Shown here: positions 1 to 8,762 of the stretch, one piece after another | How positions within the stretch are numbered: the stretch's first letter is position 1 | Layout of the letters: every line of letters begins with the position of its first letter | Virus record (IMG/VR): IMGVR_UViG_3300027801_002518 | Span: 1 to 52,188 of that record | Origin: a virus | Lineage: Duplodnaviria > Caudoviricetes | Direction: 5' to 3' (one strand) | DNA length: 52,188 bases | Notes under the pieces: generated by a model | What the model was told of the DNA's origin: nothing | Database searches by the model: none | The model's input: the letters and a program-made list of their open reading frames with translations, nothing else | Program-made: the position numbers and the translations under genes

Positions 1-168
1 ACAACCTTACAAACCATAAACGTAAAATCAGAGTTAAAAAAAGAAATTGATGTACTTTGTTCTGCTATCGATAAGATACGACATGAAATTCCATTAACTA
101 ATGATGAGTTATTGGAAGAAGTGCAAAAGATGAGAAATGATTTTTTAGCATTAAGACAAAATCTATAA
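1..168 (+). CDS. partial hypothetical protein (5' end outside window)
   Basis: Frame 1 is open from base 1 to TAA at 166-168 (TTLQTINVKSELKKEIDVL...LRQNL*), directly before the guaC start. Confidence 0.6.
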   Translation, partial: TTLQTINVKSELKKEIDVLCSAIDKIRHEIPLTNDELLEEVQKMRNDFLALRQNL

Positions 169-170
169 AA

Positions 171-1220
171 ATGAGAATTAATACAGAACCAAAATTAAAC
201 TTTGAGGATGTTTTATTACAACCCAAACGGTCTACGTTATCATCAAGAAGAGATGTAGATATGACCCGTAAGTTTACATTTAGAAATTCAAGTGTAATGA
301 ACTTTACACCAATCTTTGCAAGTAATATGGATGGAGTTGGTACATTTAGTATGGCAAAGGTATTACAAGAATATAACATGATGACTGTTATTACTAAGAC
401 AACAACACCAGACCAATGGAAAGCAGCAGTAGATAATGGTGTACGATTACAAAACGTTTCTGTTTGTACTGGTACAAATAAAATGTTTGATGATAAGGCA
501 CAAGATTATAAGAATATGCAAGAAATACTAAAAAGGTTTCCTGATGTTAAAATGATTACTGTTGATGTTGCTAATGCATATCATCAAAATATGGTTGGAT
601 TTATTCGGGAAATAAGAGAAGCATATCCAGACAAAGTTATTGTAGCAGGAAACGTAGTAACACCTGAGATGACGGAGGAGTTAATTATTAATGGTGCCGA
701 TGTAGTTAAGATAGGAATAGGACCAGGTAGTGTTTGTACGACAAGAACAATGGCCGGTGTAGGCGTTCCACAATTTTCAGCAATATTAGAATGTGCAGAT
801 GCAGCTAATGGTGTTGATGGACACATAATGGCAGATGGTGGATGTACACAACCAGGAGATATTGCAAAGGCCTTTGGTGGAGGGGCTCATATGGTAATGA
901 TTGGAGGTATGTTAGCAGGACATAATGAATCAGAAGTACAAGCAATCGGTGGCAAACGAGAATTTTACGGAATGAGTTCAGACCGTGCTAGAGAAGTACA
1001 TGGTAAAAGAAAAGATGGATACAGAGGTAATGAAGGTAGATTAGTACACCTACCCGATAGAGGCCCTGTTAAAGAAACAGTTGAAGATATATTAGGTGGA
1101 GTTAGAAGTGCTTGTACATATATTGGTGCACGAAGATTAAAGGACATGCCTAAATGTGCAACTTTCGTAACAACCTATAATGTAATTAATAAAGTTTATG
1201 AACAATATACAAAAAAATAG
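171..1220 (+). CDS. guaC: GMP reductase (type 1, E. coli-like)
   Basis: KLNFEDVLLQPKRSTLSSR start, ASNMDGVG, DVANAY, catalytic KIGIGPGSVCTTR, ADGGC, FYGMSS, GGVRSACTYIGA; no CBS domains. Confidence 0.95.
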   Translation: MRINTEPKLNFEDVLLQPKRSTLSSRRDVDMTRKFTFRNSSVMNFTPIFASNMDGVGTFSMAKVLQEYNMMTVITKTTTPDQWKAAVDNGVRLQNVSVCTGTNKMFDDKAQDYKNMQEILKRFPDVKMITVDVANAYHQNMVGFIREIREAYPDKVIVAGNVVTPEMTEELIINGADVVKIGIGPGSVCTTRTMAGVGVPQFSAILECADAANGVDGHIMADGGCTQPGDIAKAFGGGAHMVMIGGMLAGHNESEVQAIGGKREFYGMSSDRAREVHGKRKDGYRGNEGRLVHLPDRGPVKETVEDILGGVRSACTYIGARRLKDMPKCATFVTTYNVINKVYEQYTKK

Positions 1221-1574
1221 ATGGATGGATTTATAATATTTGGACTTGGTATCTTAACCTGTGTGGTTATATTTTGTGTGGTGTATTGTGTAATTACAAT
1301 CAAAACACTAAAAGACAATAGTGAAGAAATGGTAGATGATGTTGAGGAGTTGAAGATAAGATATAATACATTAAAAAAAGAATTCGAAGATAAAATCGAT
1401 ACTCATTCTATTTCAATAGAAGAGGTAGATGTAAAATTTGATACTATTTACAAAGAATCAGCAGAGGTAATCAATGAACGATTTGAAGAAATTGATGTAA
1501 AAGTATTTCAGAATGAATCAAAGATAAGTGAAATTGACACTTTTATGGAAAATTCTAAAAAAGATGACTTTTAA
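1221..1574 (+). CDS. membrane-anchored coiled-coil hypothetical protein
   Basis: N-terminal hydrophobic helix followed by an acidic heptad-like region; abuts the guaC stop. Confidence 0.7.
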   Translation: MDGFIIFGLGILTCVVIFCVVYCVITIKTLKDNSEEMVDDVEELKIRYNTLKKEFEDKIDTHSISIEEVDVKFDTIYKESAEVINERFEEIDVKVFQNESKISEIDTFMENSKKDDF

Positions 1575-1575
1575 A

Positions 1576-1704
1576 ATGACAATACAAAAAATAAAATTAG
1601 AAAGAGCCAATCGAATGATTCGTATTGGATTTGGATATTATATGTATATACCCTTCTTCAGAATTGATTTATGGTATTATGGATTTAGAATTACACTTAT
1701 ATAA
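1576..1704 (+). CDS. small hypothetical protein (42 aa)
   Basis: ATG 1576 to TAA 1704, MTIQKIKLERANRMIRIGFGYY...; fills the gap before the tRNA. Confidence 0.45.
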   Translation: MTIQKIKLERANRMIRIGFGYYMYIPFFRIDLWYYGFRITLI

Positions 1705-1728
1705 TTCATTATATTAAACCACATAATA

Positions 1729-1802
1729 GCCTCCATAGCTCAGTTGGCTAGAGCAGCTCACTTGTAATGAGCAGGTCGTAAGTTCGAGTCTTACTGGAGG
1801 CT
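1729..1802 (+). tRNA. tRNA-Thr (anticodon UGU), CCA not encoded
   Basis: Acceptor stem GCCTCCA/TGGAGGC, D arm GCTC-agttggcta-GAGC, anticodon stem GCTCA-ctTGTaa-TGAGC, T arm GTAAG-TTCGAGT-CTTAC. Confidence 0.95.
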
Positions 1803-1807
1803 CAAAA

Positions 1808-1815
1808 TATTTATA
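1808..1815 (+). promoter_or_regulatory. putative phage late promoter TATTTATA
   Basis: Recurrent intergenic octamer upstream of the 1834 start. Confidence 0.55.
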
Positions 1816-1833
1816 GTTAATAAGTAACAACAC

Positions 1834-2052
1834 ATGATTTATCCAACATATAAAAGACCGATACGATATATCAACAACAATCCATATCTGATATTTGCTG
1901 AGATATCAATCGAAAGGGTTGACCGAGTAAACGCAAATGATGTAAAATCTTGGTTAGGATGTGATACCGCATTTAAGGTATCTAGAAATGGAATATATAT
2001 GTTTTGTGATTTAATCAAAGAAGCTGAATGGGAATATGTTAAGGAAGATTAG
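1834..2052 (+). CDS. hypothetical protein
   Basis: 72-aa ORF downstream of TATTTATA. Confidence 0.65.
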   Translation: MIYPTYKRPIRYINNNPYLIFAEISIERVDRVNANDVKSWLGCDTAFKVSRNGIYMFCDLIKEAEWEYVKED

Positions 2053-2149
2053 AATATGGTTAAGGGTTATTTTTATTAGAATACCCAAAGAAATTAAACA
2101 TTGGTTACATCAAATGTACAATATGGAATCAATACATATAAAAAAATAA
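2036..2149 (+). CDS. small hypothetical protein (37 aa)
   Basis: ATG 2036 overlapping the previous gene end, MLRKIRIWLRVIFIRIPKEIKHW... Confidence 0.3.
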   Translation: MLRKIRIWLRVIFIRIPKEIKHWLHQMYNMESIHIKK

Positions 2150-2227
2150 TATGTTTAGTGAACAAGTATTATTAAGTAAAATATAATTAAATCAACTAAT
2201 TTGTTGTAAGAAAATTAATTTAAAATG

Positions 2228-2235
2228 TATTTATA
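2228..2235 (+). promoter_or_regulatory. putative phage late promoter TATTTATA
   Basis: Octamer 3 nt upstream of ATG 2239. Confidence 0.5.
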
Positions 2236-2238
2236 TAT

Positions 2239-2694
2239 ATGAGATGGGTAGAATACTTTCAAAACTTAGCACATAATGTGAAACTTAAATCGAAAGATGT
2301 TAGAACACAAGTTGGTGCAGTTATAGTTGGTAAAGATAAAGAGATAGTATCGACTGGATACAATTCATTCCCTCGTGGAATTAATGATACGAAAAAATTA
2401 AGACAAGAAAGACCAGAAAAGTATTATTGGTTTGAACACGCTGAACGAAATGCTATATATAATGCAGCAAGAATTGGGGTATCTACTAAAGAATGTACGA
2501 TGTACTTAACGTGTGGTATGCCTTGTGCAGATTGTTGTAGAGGAATTATTAATTCTGGTATAACAAGAATCTTCTGTGAACGTTCAAATGGCCCTTCTTC
2601 TGATAGATGGCATGAACACGCTGAGCGTAGTTGGGAAATGTTCGAAGAGGCAGGAGTATCTATACAGTTTTATGATAATGATTTTTTAGGATAA
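2239..2694 (+). CDS. dCMP deaminase (ComEB/T4 cd family)
   Basis: SKD..TQVGAVIV, TGYN, Zn-binding HAERNAI and PCADC motifs. Confidence 0.93.
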   Translation: MRWVEYFQNLAHNVKLKSKDVRTQVGAVIVGKDKEIVSTGYNSFPRGINDTKKLRQERPEKYYWFEHAERNAIYNAARIGVSTKECTMYLTCGMPCADCCRGIINSGITRIFCERSNGPSSDRWHEHAERSWEMFEEAGVSIQFYDNDFLG

Positions 2695-2695
2695 T

Positions 2696-2833
2696 ATGGA
2701 AACATTTGAAGAATATATGAAAGATAAACACACACAAGAAGTTATTAATAAAATAATTGAATTAAAAACAGGACCTCAAACTGAAGGGGTAAAATTTAAA
2801 ATACAAAAACTTCAACAAGGGCTAAACAAATGA
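2696..2833 (+). CDS. small hypothetical protein (45 aa)
   Basis: METFEEYMKDKHTQEVINK...; tightly packed, with an ATGA overlap to the next ORF. Confidence 0.55.
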   Translation: METFEEYMKDKHTQEVINKIIELKTGPQTEGVKFKIQKLQQGLNK

Positions 2834-2991
2834 GCACAGCAGAAAAGGATTTAGAAGAGACTCTACACAAGGCACACGAACTTGGTATATTTAAAGAAAC
2901 CACCGATTTAGCTACTAAACTTCAGAACAACGATGTTGCACTTAGATATAATGATGCAATTGAAATTGCATTTAACAAACTATCAAGGTAA
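2830..2991 (+). CDS. small hypothetical protein (53 aa)
   Basis: MSTAEKDLEETLHKAHELGIFKE...; ATGA translational coupling. Confidence 0.6.
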   Translation: MSTAEKDLEETLHKAHELGIFKETTDLATKLQNNDVALRYNDAIEIAFNKLSR

Positions 2992-3005
2992 TTTCTATTA
3001 CTTAA

Positions 3006-3013
3006 TATTTATA
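3006..3013 (+). promoter_or_regulatory. putative phage late promoter TATTTATA
   Basis: Octamer 5 nt upstream of ATG 3019. Confidence 0.55.
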
Positions 3014-3018
3014 AACGT

Positions 3019-3807
3019 ATGGCGTTTAAAAAAAAACCAAATTATTCCAATAATCTTTTTTCAAAAAGAAGAAAAAGTACTTCTGCTTCATGGATAGCAT
3101 GGAATAAGGAAAGAATATCCAAGCTTAGCGAATCCAAGACTAAGAAAAAATTAGATCCAGGTTATAGAATAAATCGTTCTACTATTGTACGACCAAAGGA
3201 GCAACTCTTAACTAAATCAGAGTACAAAAAAAGAATTCCATTAGCATATATACAAAATCCATATCCAGTAGAAATAGGAACAGACCCAAGTTCAGCATAT
3301 ACACGAGCTGGGGGTAAAATAAAACTAACAGGAAAATACGAAGAAAATGTTGTATTATTTGAAGATATTGATGTAAGTGGTATTATAGGTCATAATGACG
3401 CTACCTTTAACTTCTTAATTGAATTTGGAGAAGGTGATCTTCACACATCTAAAGAATTTAAAACAGAATTGGAAAAACAACATGGATCTGTAAATCCATA
3501 CAAAAATAAAAAAACAGTATCTGTTGTTAAATTACCACTTTGGGATTTAGTAGCTTATCATAAAAAACCAAAGTTTTCAATATCAGAAGACTACGCAGAA
3601 GTTAATGTAGATGACACCATAAATACTAAAATAGACATAATAAATCACATAGAGTGGTTGAGTAAAACGGAAACAGAATCAGATCCACCATTAAGAAAAG
3701 CGAAAGATATGGGAATCACTTCATATTATACTTCACCAATCACAATGGTTGATGATCCAACCTTTTTAGGATTTGATCACGAACTTCCAAAGCCAGAATT
3801 AGAATAA
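3019..3807 (+). CDS. hypothetical protein with basic N-terminus
   Basis: 262-aa ORF, no recognised motif. Confidence 0.75.
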   Translation: MAFKKKPNYSNNLFSKRRKSTSASWIAWNKERISKLSESKTKKKLDPGYRINRSTIVRPKEQLLTKSEYKKRIPLAYIQNPYPVEIGTDPSSAYTRAGGKIKLTGKYEENVVLFEDIDVSGIIGHNDATFNFLIEFGEGDLHTSKEFKTELEKQHGSVNPYKNKKTVSVVKLPLWDLVAYHKKPKFSISEDYAEVNVDDTINTKIDIINHIEWLSKTETESDPPLRKAKDMGITSYYTSPITMVDDPTFLGFDHELPKPELE

Positions 3808-3814
3808 TTATAAT

Positions 3815-4168
3815 ATGAGTTTAAAAATTATTTGTGGAGAACTATACAGACAGGGATTCTTATCTGAAGAAGTGTGGGCAGCTGACCAAGAATTTGGCAA
3901 GCTTCTATACAAATCACATCCTCGTGTAATGTTAGGATACACATATTGGGCAAGGAATGTGGTTAAGTACATGAAGAACAACCCATCTCATACAAAATAC
4001 TTATACAGATTCTTTAAACCATGGACAGAACATATGTCTTATGTTATGGGCATAACCACGAAAAGAAATTTGGTAGGAAACATAACACAAAAAATAGGAT
4101 ATGGTTATTCTATTATTGTTTATAATTATTATCAACTAAAATGGGGAACGTTTAAATTTACAATATGA
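3815..4168 (+). CDS. hypothetical protein; stand-alone KIIC-x-ELY...GY..WA module (CFI-box-CTERM-like)
   Basis: MSLKIICGELYRQG...ADQEFG...GYTYWARNVV resembles a module usually found at the C-terminus of large phage proteins (recalled, not searched). Confidence 0.55.
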   Translation: MSLKIICGELYRQGFLSEEVWAADQEFGKLLYKSHPRVMLGYTYWARNVVKYMKNNPSHTKYLYRFFKPWTEHMSYVMGITTKRNLVGNITQKIGYGYSIIVYNYYQLKWGTFKFTI

Positions 4169-4524
4169 TAGGAGATGTACACAGAACAGTTTCATGGAAA
4201 CGATATTTACTTGAAACCAAATCACCACGAATAAATAAATTCTTAGAGTCAAGGGGTAATGAGGTATTTTACCAAGTATCCCAGGCAATAAATCAAGCTT
4301 CAATTAGAGGAGAACACTCGGTTGTCCTTTTAATACATCCCAATATAAAGAATATCATAGAAATAAAAAAGAAGGACTTCATAACAGTTCTAACTCGGGC
4401 CAGTAGTTGGTTTGAAAAAAAAGAAAAATATGAAATATGTTCAATCATAAAATCATATCGAGAAAATGTATTAAATAAAAATCCAAAGATAAAGACTAAT
4501 AAACGAATAGAAACTTTGATTTAA
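4165..4524 (+). CDS. hypothetical protein with C-terminal UvrB/UvrC-like helical motif
   Basis: FEKKEKYEICSIIK; ends ...ETLI. Confidence 0.6.
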   Translation: MIGDVHRTVSWKRYLLETKSPRINKFLESRGNEVFYQVSQAINQASIRGEHSVVLLIHPNIKNIIEIKKKDFITVLTRASSWFEKKEKYEICSIIKSYRENVLNKNPKIKTNKRIETLI

Positions 4525-4527
4525 TTA

Positions 4528-4535
4528 TATTTATA
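4528..4535 (+). promoter_or_regulatory. putative phage late promoter TATTTATA
   Basis: Octamer upstream of the Hint polyprotein operon. Confidence 0.55.
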
Positions 4536-4569
4536 TACAATAACAGATTATAACAATAGGAAAGAACCA

Positions 4570-6927
4570 ATGAAAGGCACATTATTCTCAGCTGATTTTG
4601 TAAAAGATTCAGATGCAAACTTAAGACTTTTAGAATTAAATACCGATACGGGATTTATCACTAATACACTATCTACACGATTTGATTTTACAGCTTTTAT
4701 TGCCGTATTATCATCCAATTCTATTACTGAACTTGTAATTATATATAAGTCAATTCATGTAGAGTTCGTATCTTTACTTGAAACTACAATTGCCAATGAT
4801 GCAACCTTTATTACAACTGTAACAAAGCAAGAAGAATCCTCAAGTACAATATACCCAACTGCCCCGACAGATGCAGCTGAAAAGTTTATTTTAAGATTGG
4901 CATACGATGAAAATGCTTTATTTGATTCCACGTATTGTAAACAAAGAGCAAACGTTCAGAAGTTATTTTATGATAACTCTGCAACAGGTTCTATACCAGA
5001 ATTTTGGTATAGTGGTAGTGATTATCAAATTAACACACTTACAAGTGGTGTAAATGGACATGATATATTACCTGATTTCGTTGCAAAAACTAAAGAGGAA
5101 CAACACACTTCCCTAGACTTTATTAAAGTTGGTAACGCAGATTCATCATCTGCAGATAGAATATCTGATTTAATTGTAAACTTTAATGAGTTATCAAGTG
5201 GAGACAAAACAATTGAAAAATATCATTATCACCCATCTGATATTACTGATAATGGAAAAGTTTCAGGATTTAGAAGTGTTGGAATTGTATATGGAACTGA
5301 TATTGAGTTCGTATCTATTGGGGGATGGAGAATAGAAGCTTTCATTAGTTTACCAACAAGTGTTGATTTAGATTATTTAGATGCATCTAATTTAATAAGT
5401 TTATATGATAAAAAACATTATTTTCAATTAACATCAAATTGGCTTAGAACAACCGCTAAAGATGCAGTTTATGAAGGTTCTGTTATAATTAAAGCAGATG
5501 ACAGTGAAGTATCAGCCAAAGATATAATAGAAGATGATTTACTTAAATCTATGTACATAGAAGGATTGCCTGATACGGATGATGCAGAAGTATATAGAGC
5601 ATGGTTTGCAAGTGGTTCAACACTTCCAAGTGGTTCTTATGTTACTTCATCTATTGTAGAAAATTCATCAAACGTAATCGGAGATGATTATGGGGTAATT
5701 GGAGAAATAAAATTAGGTAATGACGAAAGAATATACACAACAATAACAAAACATTTCCTAACATATAGTACAGGTTCAAATGAATATAGATTCTTACAAC
5801 AATATCAATTAGATAAAGATGACCACTTCTTAGTAAATTCTGATGATAATAAAATACAAATAGTTGATAATAACGTTGCTATATTAGAATCTACTGAAAC
5901 TGGTTCTTTTTATAGAATTGATATTGAAGATACGGATTCTTTCTTCGTAAGTTCATCACAGAGTGCATTTATTGTTCACAATGCTCCTTGTTTTTTAGCA
6001 GGAACTAAAATTCATACTGAAACTGGAATAAAAAATATTGAAGATGTAAAAGTAGGTGAACTGGTAATGACATTTAATCATGATAATGATGCCTCAGAAT
6101 ATAAAGAAGTATTGGAAGTGATGTTTAAGGAAAATGAATGTGTTATAACTTATGTTTTTGAAGATGAAACTGAACTTACTGGTACTAAAGACCATCCAAT
6201 ATATATTGTAGGAAAGGGATACTCATCCTTTGAACCACAACAAACTCTTGATGATAGTGGATTAAATGTAGAACAAATAGAAGTTGGTGATGTTGCAAAA
6301 CTTTTTGTTGAAGGAGAAGAATATCCACACCTTCTTATTACTGAAATAAAAGAAGCTGGATTTGAAGATGTTTATAATCTAAAAACTATACAAGATAATC
6401 ATAACTTTTATGCTAATAATGTATTAGTACACAACAGAGCTTGTTGTTTTGCAGCAGGTACACAAATATCATTATCTAATAACGATACTAAAAATATAGA
6501 AGATATTATAATAGGTGATGACGTAGTAGGTTGGGATTCGGAAAAAGGCGAAAGAACAATAGGAAGTGTAATTGCACTAAACCACAAAGACACAGTTGGT
6601 TCTCATGCAGCTGCTTGTGAATCACTAGGAGATGCACCATCACTATATACAGTTAATGATACTGAAATAGAATTTACACCGGAACACCCATTCTTAACAA
6701 AAGAAGGTTGGAAATCATTAGTACCTGATAATGCACAAGAACCATATTTATCAGAACAAGAACCAAAAACATTAGTAGTTGGTGATGAAATTAACGTAGA
6801 TGATAATTGGGTAGAGATAAAATCAATTGAAGTTGTACGTTCTAATGCAGATGAAAGAGTATATAACTTTACAGTAGATGGAATACATTCTTATATTGCA
6901 AACGGAATCATAGTACATAATAAATAA
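4570..6927 (+). CDS. circularly permuted ATP-grasp-like domain fused to three tandem Hint (bacterial intein-like) domains
   Basis: N-terminal SADFVKDSDANLRLLELNTDTG resembles the GspS-type RFDF..G..KLLEYNADT motif. Hint1 A299-N471 (AVYEGS...FIVHN), Hint2 C474-N622 (CFLAGT...TKDH...VLVHN), Hint3 C626-N784 (CFAAGT...TPEH...IIVHN). Confidence 0.85.
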   Translation: MKGTLFSADFVKDSDANLRLLELNTDTGFITNTLSTRFDFTAFIAVLSSNSITELVIIYKSIHVEFVSLLETTIANDATFITTVTKQEESSSTIYPTAPTDAAEKFILRLAYDENALFDSTYCKQRANVQKLFYDNSATGSIPEFWYSGSDYQINTLTSGVNGHDILPDFVAKTKEEQHTSLDFIKVGNADSSSADRISDLIVNFNELSSGDKTIEKYHYHPSDITDNGKVSGFRSVGIVYGTDIEFVSIGGWRIEAFISLPTSVDLDYLDASNLISLYDKKHYFQLTSNWLRTTAKDAVYEGSVIIKADDSEVSAKDIIEDDLLKSMYIEGLPDTDDAEVYRAWFASGSTLPSGSYVTSSIVENSSNVIGDDYGVIGEIKLGNDERIYTTITKHFLTYSTGSNEYRFLQQYQLDKDDHFLVNSDDNKIQIVDNNVAILESTETGSFYRIDIEDTDSFFVSSSQSAFIVHNAPCFLAGTKIHTETGIKNIEDVKVGELVMTFNHDNDASEYKEVLEVMFKENECVITYVFEDETELTGTKDHPIYIVGKGYSSFEPQQTLDDSGLNVEQIEVGDVAKLFVEGEEYPHLLITEIKEAGFEDVYNLKTIQDNHNFYANNVLVHNRACCFAAGTQISLSNNDTKNIEDIIIGDDVVGWDSEKGERTIGSVIALNHKDTVGSHAAACESLGDAPSLYTVNDTEIEFTPEHPFLTKEGWKSLVPDNAQEPYLSEQEPKTLVVGDEINVDDNWVEIKSIEVVRSNADERVYNFTVDGIHSYIANGIIVHNK

Positions 6928-6942
6928 AAAGGAATAATTAAG

Positions 6943-7092
6943 ATGGCAAATCAAGAATTAAGTAAATACAAAAGTTTAAGTATAGATAATGTGAATAATC
7001 GAACTTCATATGATTTAACAACAGATGAATCGAGTAAAATAAATACTATATTAAGTAACTTTTTAACATACTTCAAGACAAAACACTCATAA
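6943..7092 (+). CDS. small Ser/Thr/Asn-rich protein (49 aa)
   Basis: AAGGA upstream, MANQELSKYKSLSIDNVNNRTSYDLTTDESSKINTILSNFLTYFKTKHS*; stop abuts the GTG start at 7093. Confidence 0.7.
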   Translation: MANQELSKYKSLSIDNVNNRTSYDLTTDESSKINTILSNFLTYFKTKHS

Positions 7093-7740
7093 GTGATATA
7101 TGCAACTATGTGTGTTGGTACTAAGTGGTTAACTAAGTATCAAGACACAATAAATGCATTTTCATCAAAAAACCATTTGGAGATATTAACTGATAATCCA
7201 ACTGGTTTAATAGGTTCTCACATTACCTTATACGAAAGAAATGTATTTAGTTATTATGAAAAGGTAAACTTTATGTTTAATCTTTCAAAAAAATATAACG
7301 AAAGAATTACTTACATAGATATCGATTGGTTAAATGCCTACAATACAAATATAACATATGATGATACAACATTATATAGTTATGCTACATATGATTTATC
7401 AGATGAGAATATCCTAACCAAATGGTTTACCGAAAACGAATATCATTTTAGAGATAATTTATTATCACATATATCAGTTAATTCTAATATAGATTTTTAC
7501 ATACCAGAAGCATTGATTTCAATACCCCAATTAAATAATATAGATAATATACAACTTGATTTAAAAACAATACAACCAATAATTGAAAGTTGGTATGATT
7601 TAAAAAATAAAAACCCTAGATTTAGACGATATATTAAAAATGGAATAGGTTATGCAGAGGGATGGGGAGTATCAGCAGTGTGTAAAAAATATAAAATACC
7701 AATCGATAAAGTAGATTGGAAAAGACACGCTTTGCTATGA
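7093..7740 (+). CDS. putative nucleotide-sugar transferase-like protein (DxD)
   Basis: IYATMCVG start, ILTDNP, FSYYEK, TYIDID motif typical of GT-A-like phage proteins. Confidence 0.55.
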   Translation: MIYATMCVGTKWLTKYQDTINAFSSKNHLEILTDNPTGLIGSHITLYERNVFSYYEKVNFMFNLSKKYNERITYIDIDWLNAYNTNITYDDTTLYSYATYDLSDENILTKWFTENEYHFRDNLLSHISVNSNIDFYIPEALISIPQLNNIDNIQLDLKTIQPIIESWYDLKNKNPRFRRYIKNGIGYAEGWGVSAVCKKYKIPIDKVDWKRHALL

Positions 7741-8234
7741 AACTATCTACACAGAAATTTAATGAACTTATTAACGAGTTAGAAAAAACACCATTAATTA
7801 ATGAGACAGAATGGAAAAAGAAAATAAGTATAACAGGTGATTGGGCACCTGTTAGTTTAGACAAGAGTTGGATTACTACAACTAAAGTTATACATTATTC
7901 ACTTAGAAATCCAAATCTTAATAAAATACTTGAAGAATTATCAGGTAGAAGTATAAAGGATTGTTTAACCCTACATACAGTAGAAGCAGTACCACCACAA
8001 GCAACAGTTGCACATACAGATAAATATTCTGAAATAACATTAAATATTTTACTTGAAGATGATTGTGAGGGTGGGTATTTATATGTAGAAGGTGAGAAGA
8101 TAGAGGAATATAAAGAAAAGGGAGATTATGTAGTATATGAGGGAAGAAAACAAAAACACTCAGTAACTGCAATTGAAAAAGGTAAAAGAAAGGCTTTAAT
8201 TGTTTGGTTTGGTCCTGTTAAAAGTGTAATATAA
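7737..8234 (+). CDS. 2OG-Fe(II) oxygenase (P4Hc-like)
   Basis: HTD, LLEDDCEGGYL, H-S-V-T, R-K-A-L-I-V-W; ATG 7737 chosen for the ATGA overlap. Confidence 0.88.
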   Translation: MKLSTQKFNELINELEKTPLINETEWKKKISITGDWAPVSLDKSWITTTKVIHYSLRNPNLNKILEELSGRSIKDCLTLHTVEAVPPQATVAHTDKYSEITLNILLEDDCEGGYLYVEGEKIEEYKEKGDYVVYEGRKQKHSVTAIEKGKRKALIVWFGPVKSVI

Positions 8235-8237
8235 ATA

Positions 8238-8762
8238 ATGATATTTGAAGACTCCATACCATTATTTAATTCAACTGAATTAGATATTATTAAATCTAGT
8301 TGGAAAGATGAAAGAGCAAATGTTATCTTCCAAAATAACTATAAAGATGTATCTTACCATGAGACTGTTGTAAATGATTTACCACAAGAATATGTAGATA
8401 GATTTTTAGATTGGATTGAAAGTAAGATTGGAAAGAAGATTTATAATAGAAAAAAATATGATTTACTCTTAAAACGATTTAAAGAAGGAGAATATTTGGA
8501 TTATCACACAGATAGTGATTATAGTAATACGAGTTGGAACGTTGAATATGCTGCTGGGTTTCATGTAAATGATGATTATGAGGGTGGTGAATTTGTTGTA
8601 TATGAAAATGGAAAAGAAAGAGTTATAGGAAATCAAATAGGAGTTCCATACATATTCTCAGCTGATACCCATCATAAAATAAATAAAGTTAAATCAAAGA
8701 TTAGATATAGTATAATCTTATTTGTATATAATAACTCCATTGATACACCCACATTAATATGA
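8238..8762 (+). CDS. 2OG-Fe(II) oxygenase (P4Hc-like)
   Basis: YHTD, NDDYEGGEF, HHKINKV, RYS. Confidence 0.9.
   Translation: MIFEDSIPLFNSTELDIIKSSWKDERANVIFQNNYKDVSYHETVVNDLPQEYVDRFLDWIESKIGKKIYNRKKYDLLLKRFKEGEYLDYHTDSDYSNTSWNVEYAAGFHVNDDYEGGEFVVYENGKERVIGNQIGVPYIFSADTHHKINKVKSKIRYSIILFVYNNSIDTPTLI

Noticed and set aside
5989-6924. Hint2 and Hint3 as true mobile inteins
   Set aside because: No homing endonuclease, the +1 residues are Arg and Lys rather than Cys/Ser/Thr, and they do not interrupt a conserved host protein; they fit BIL-type Hint domains
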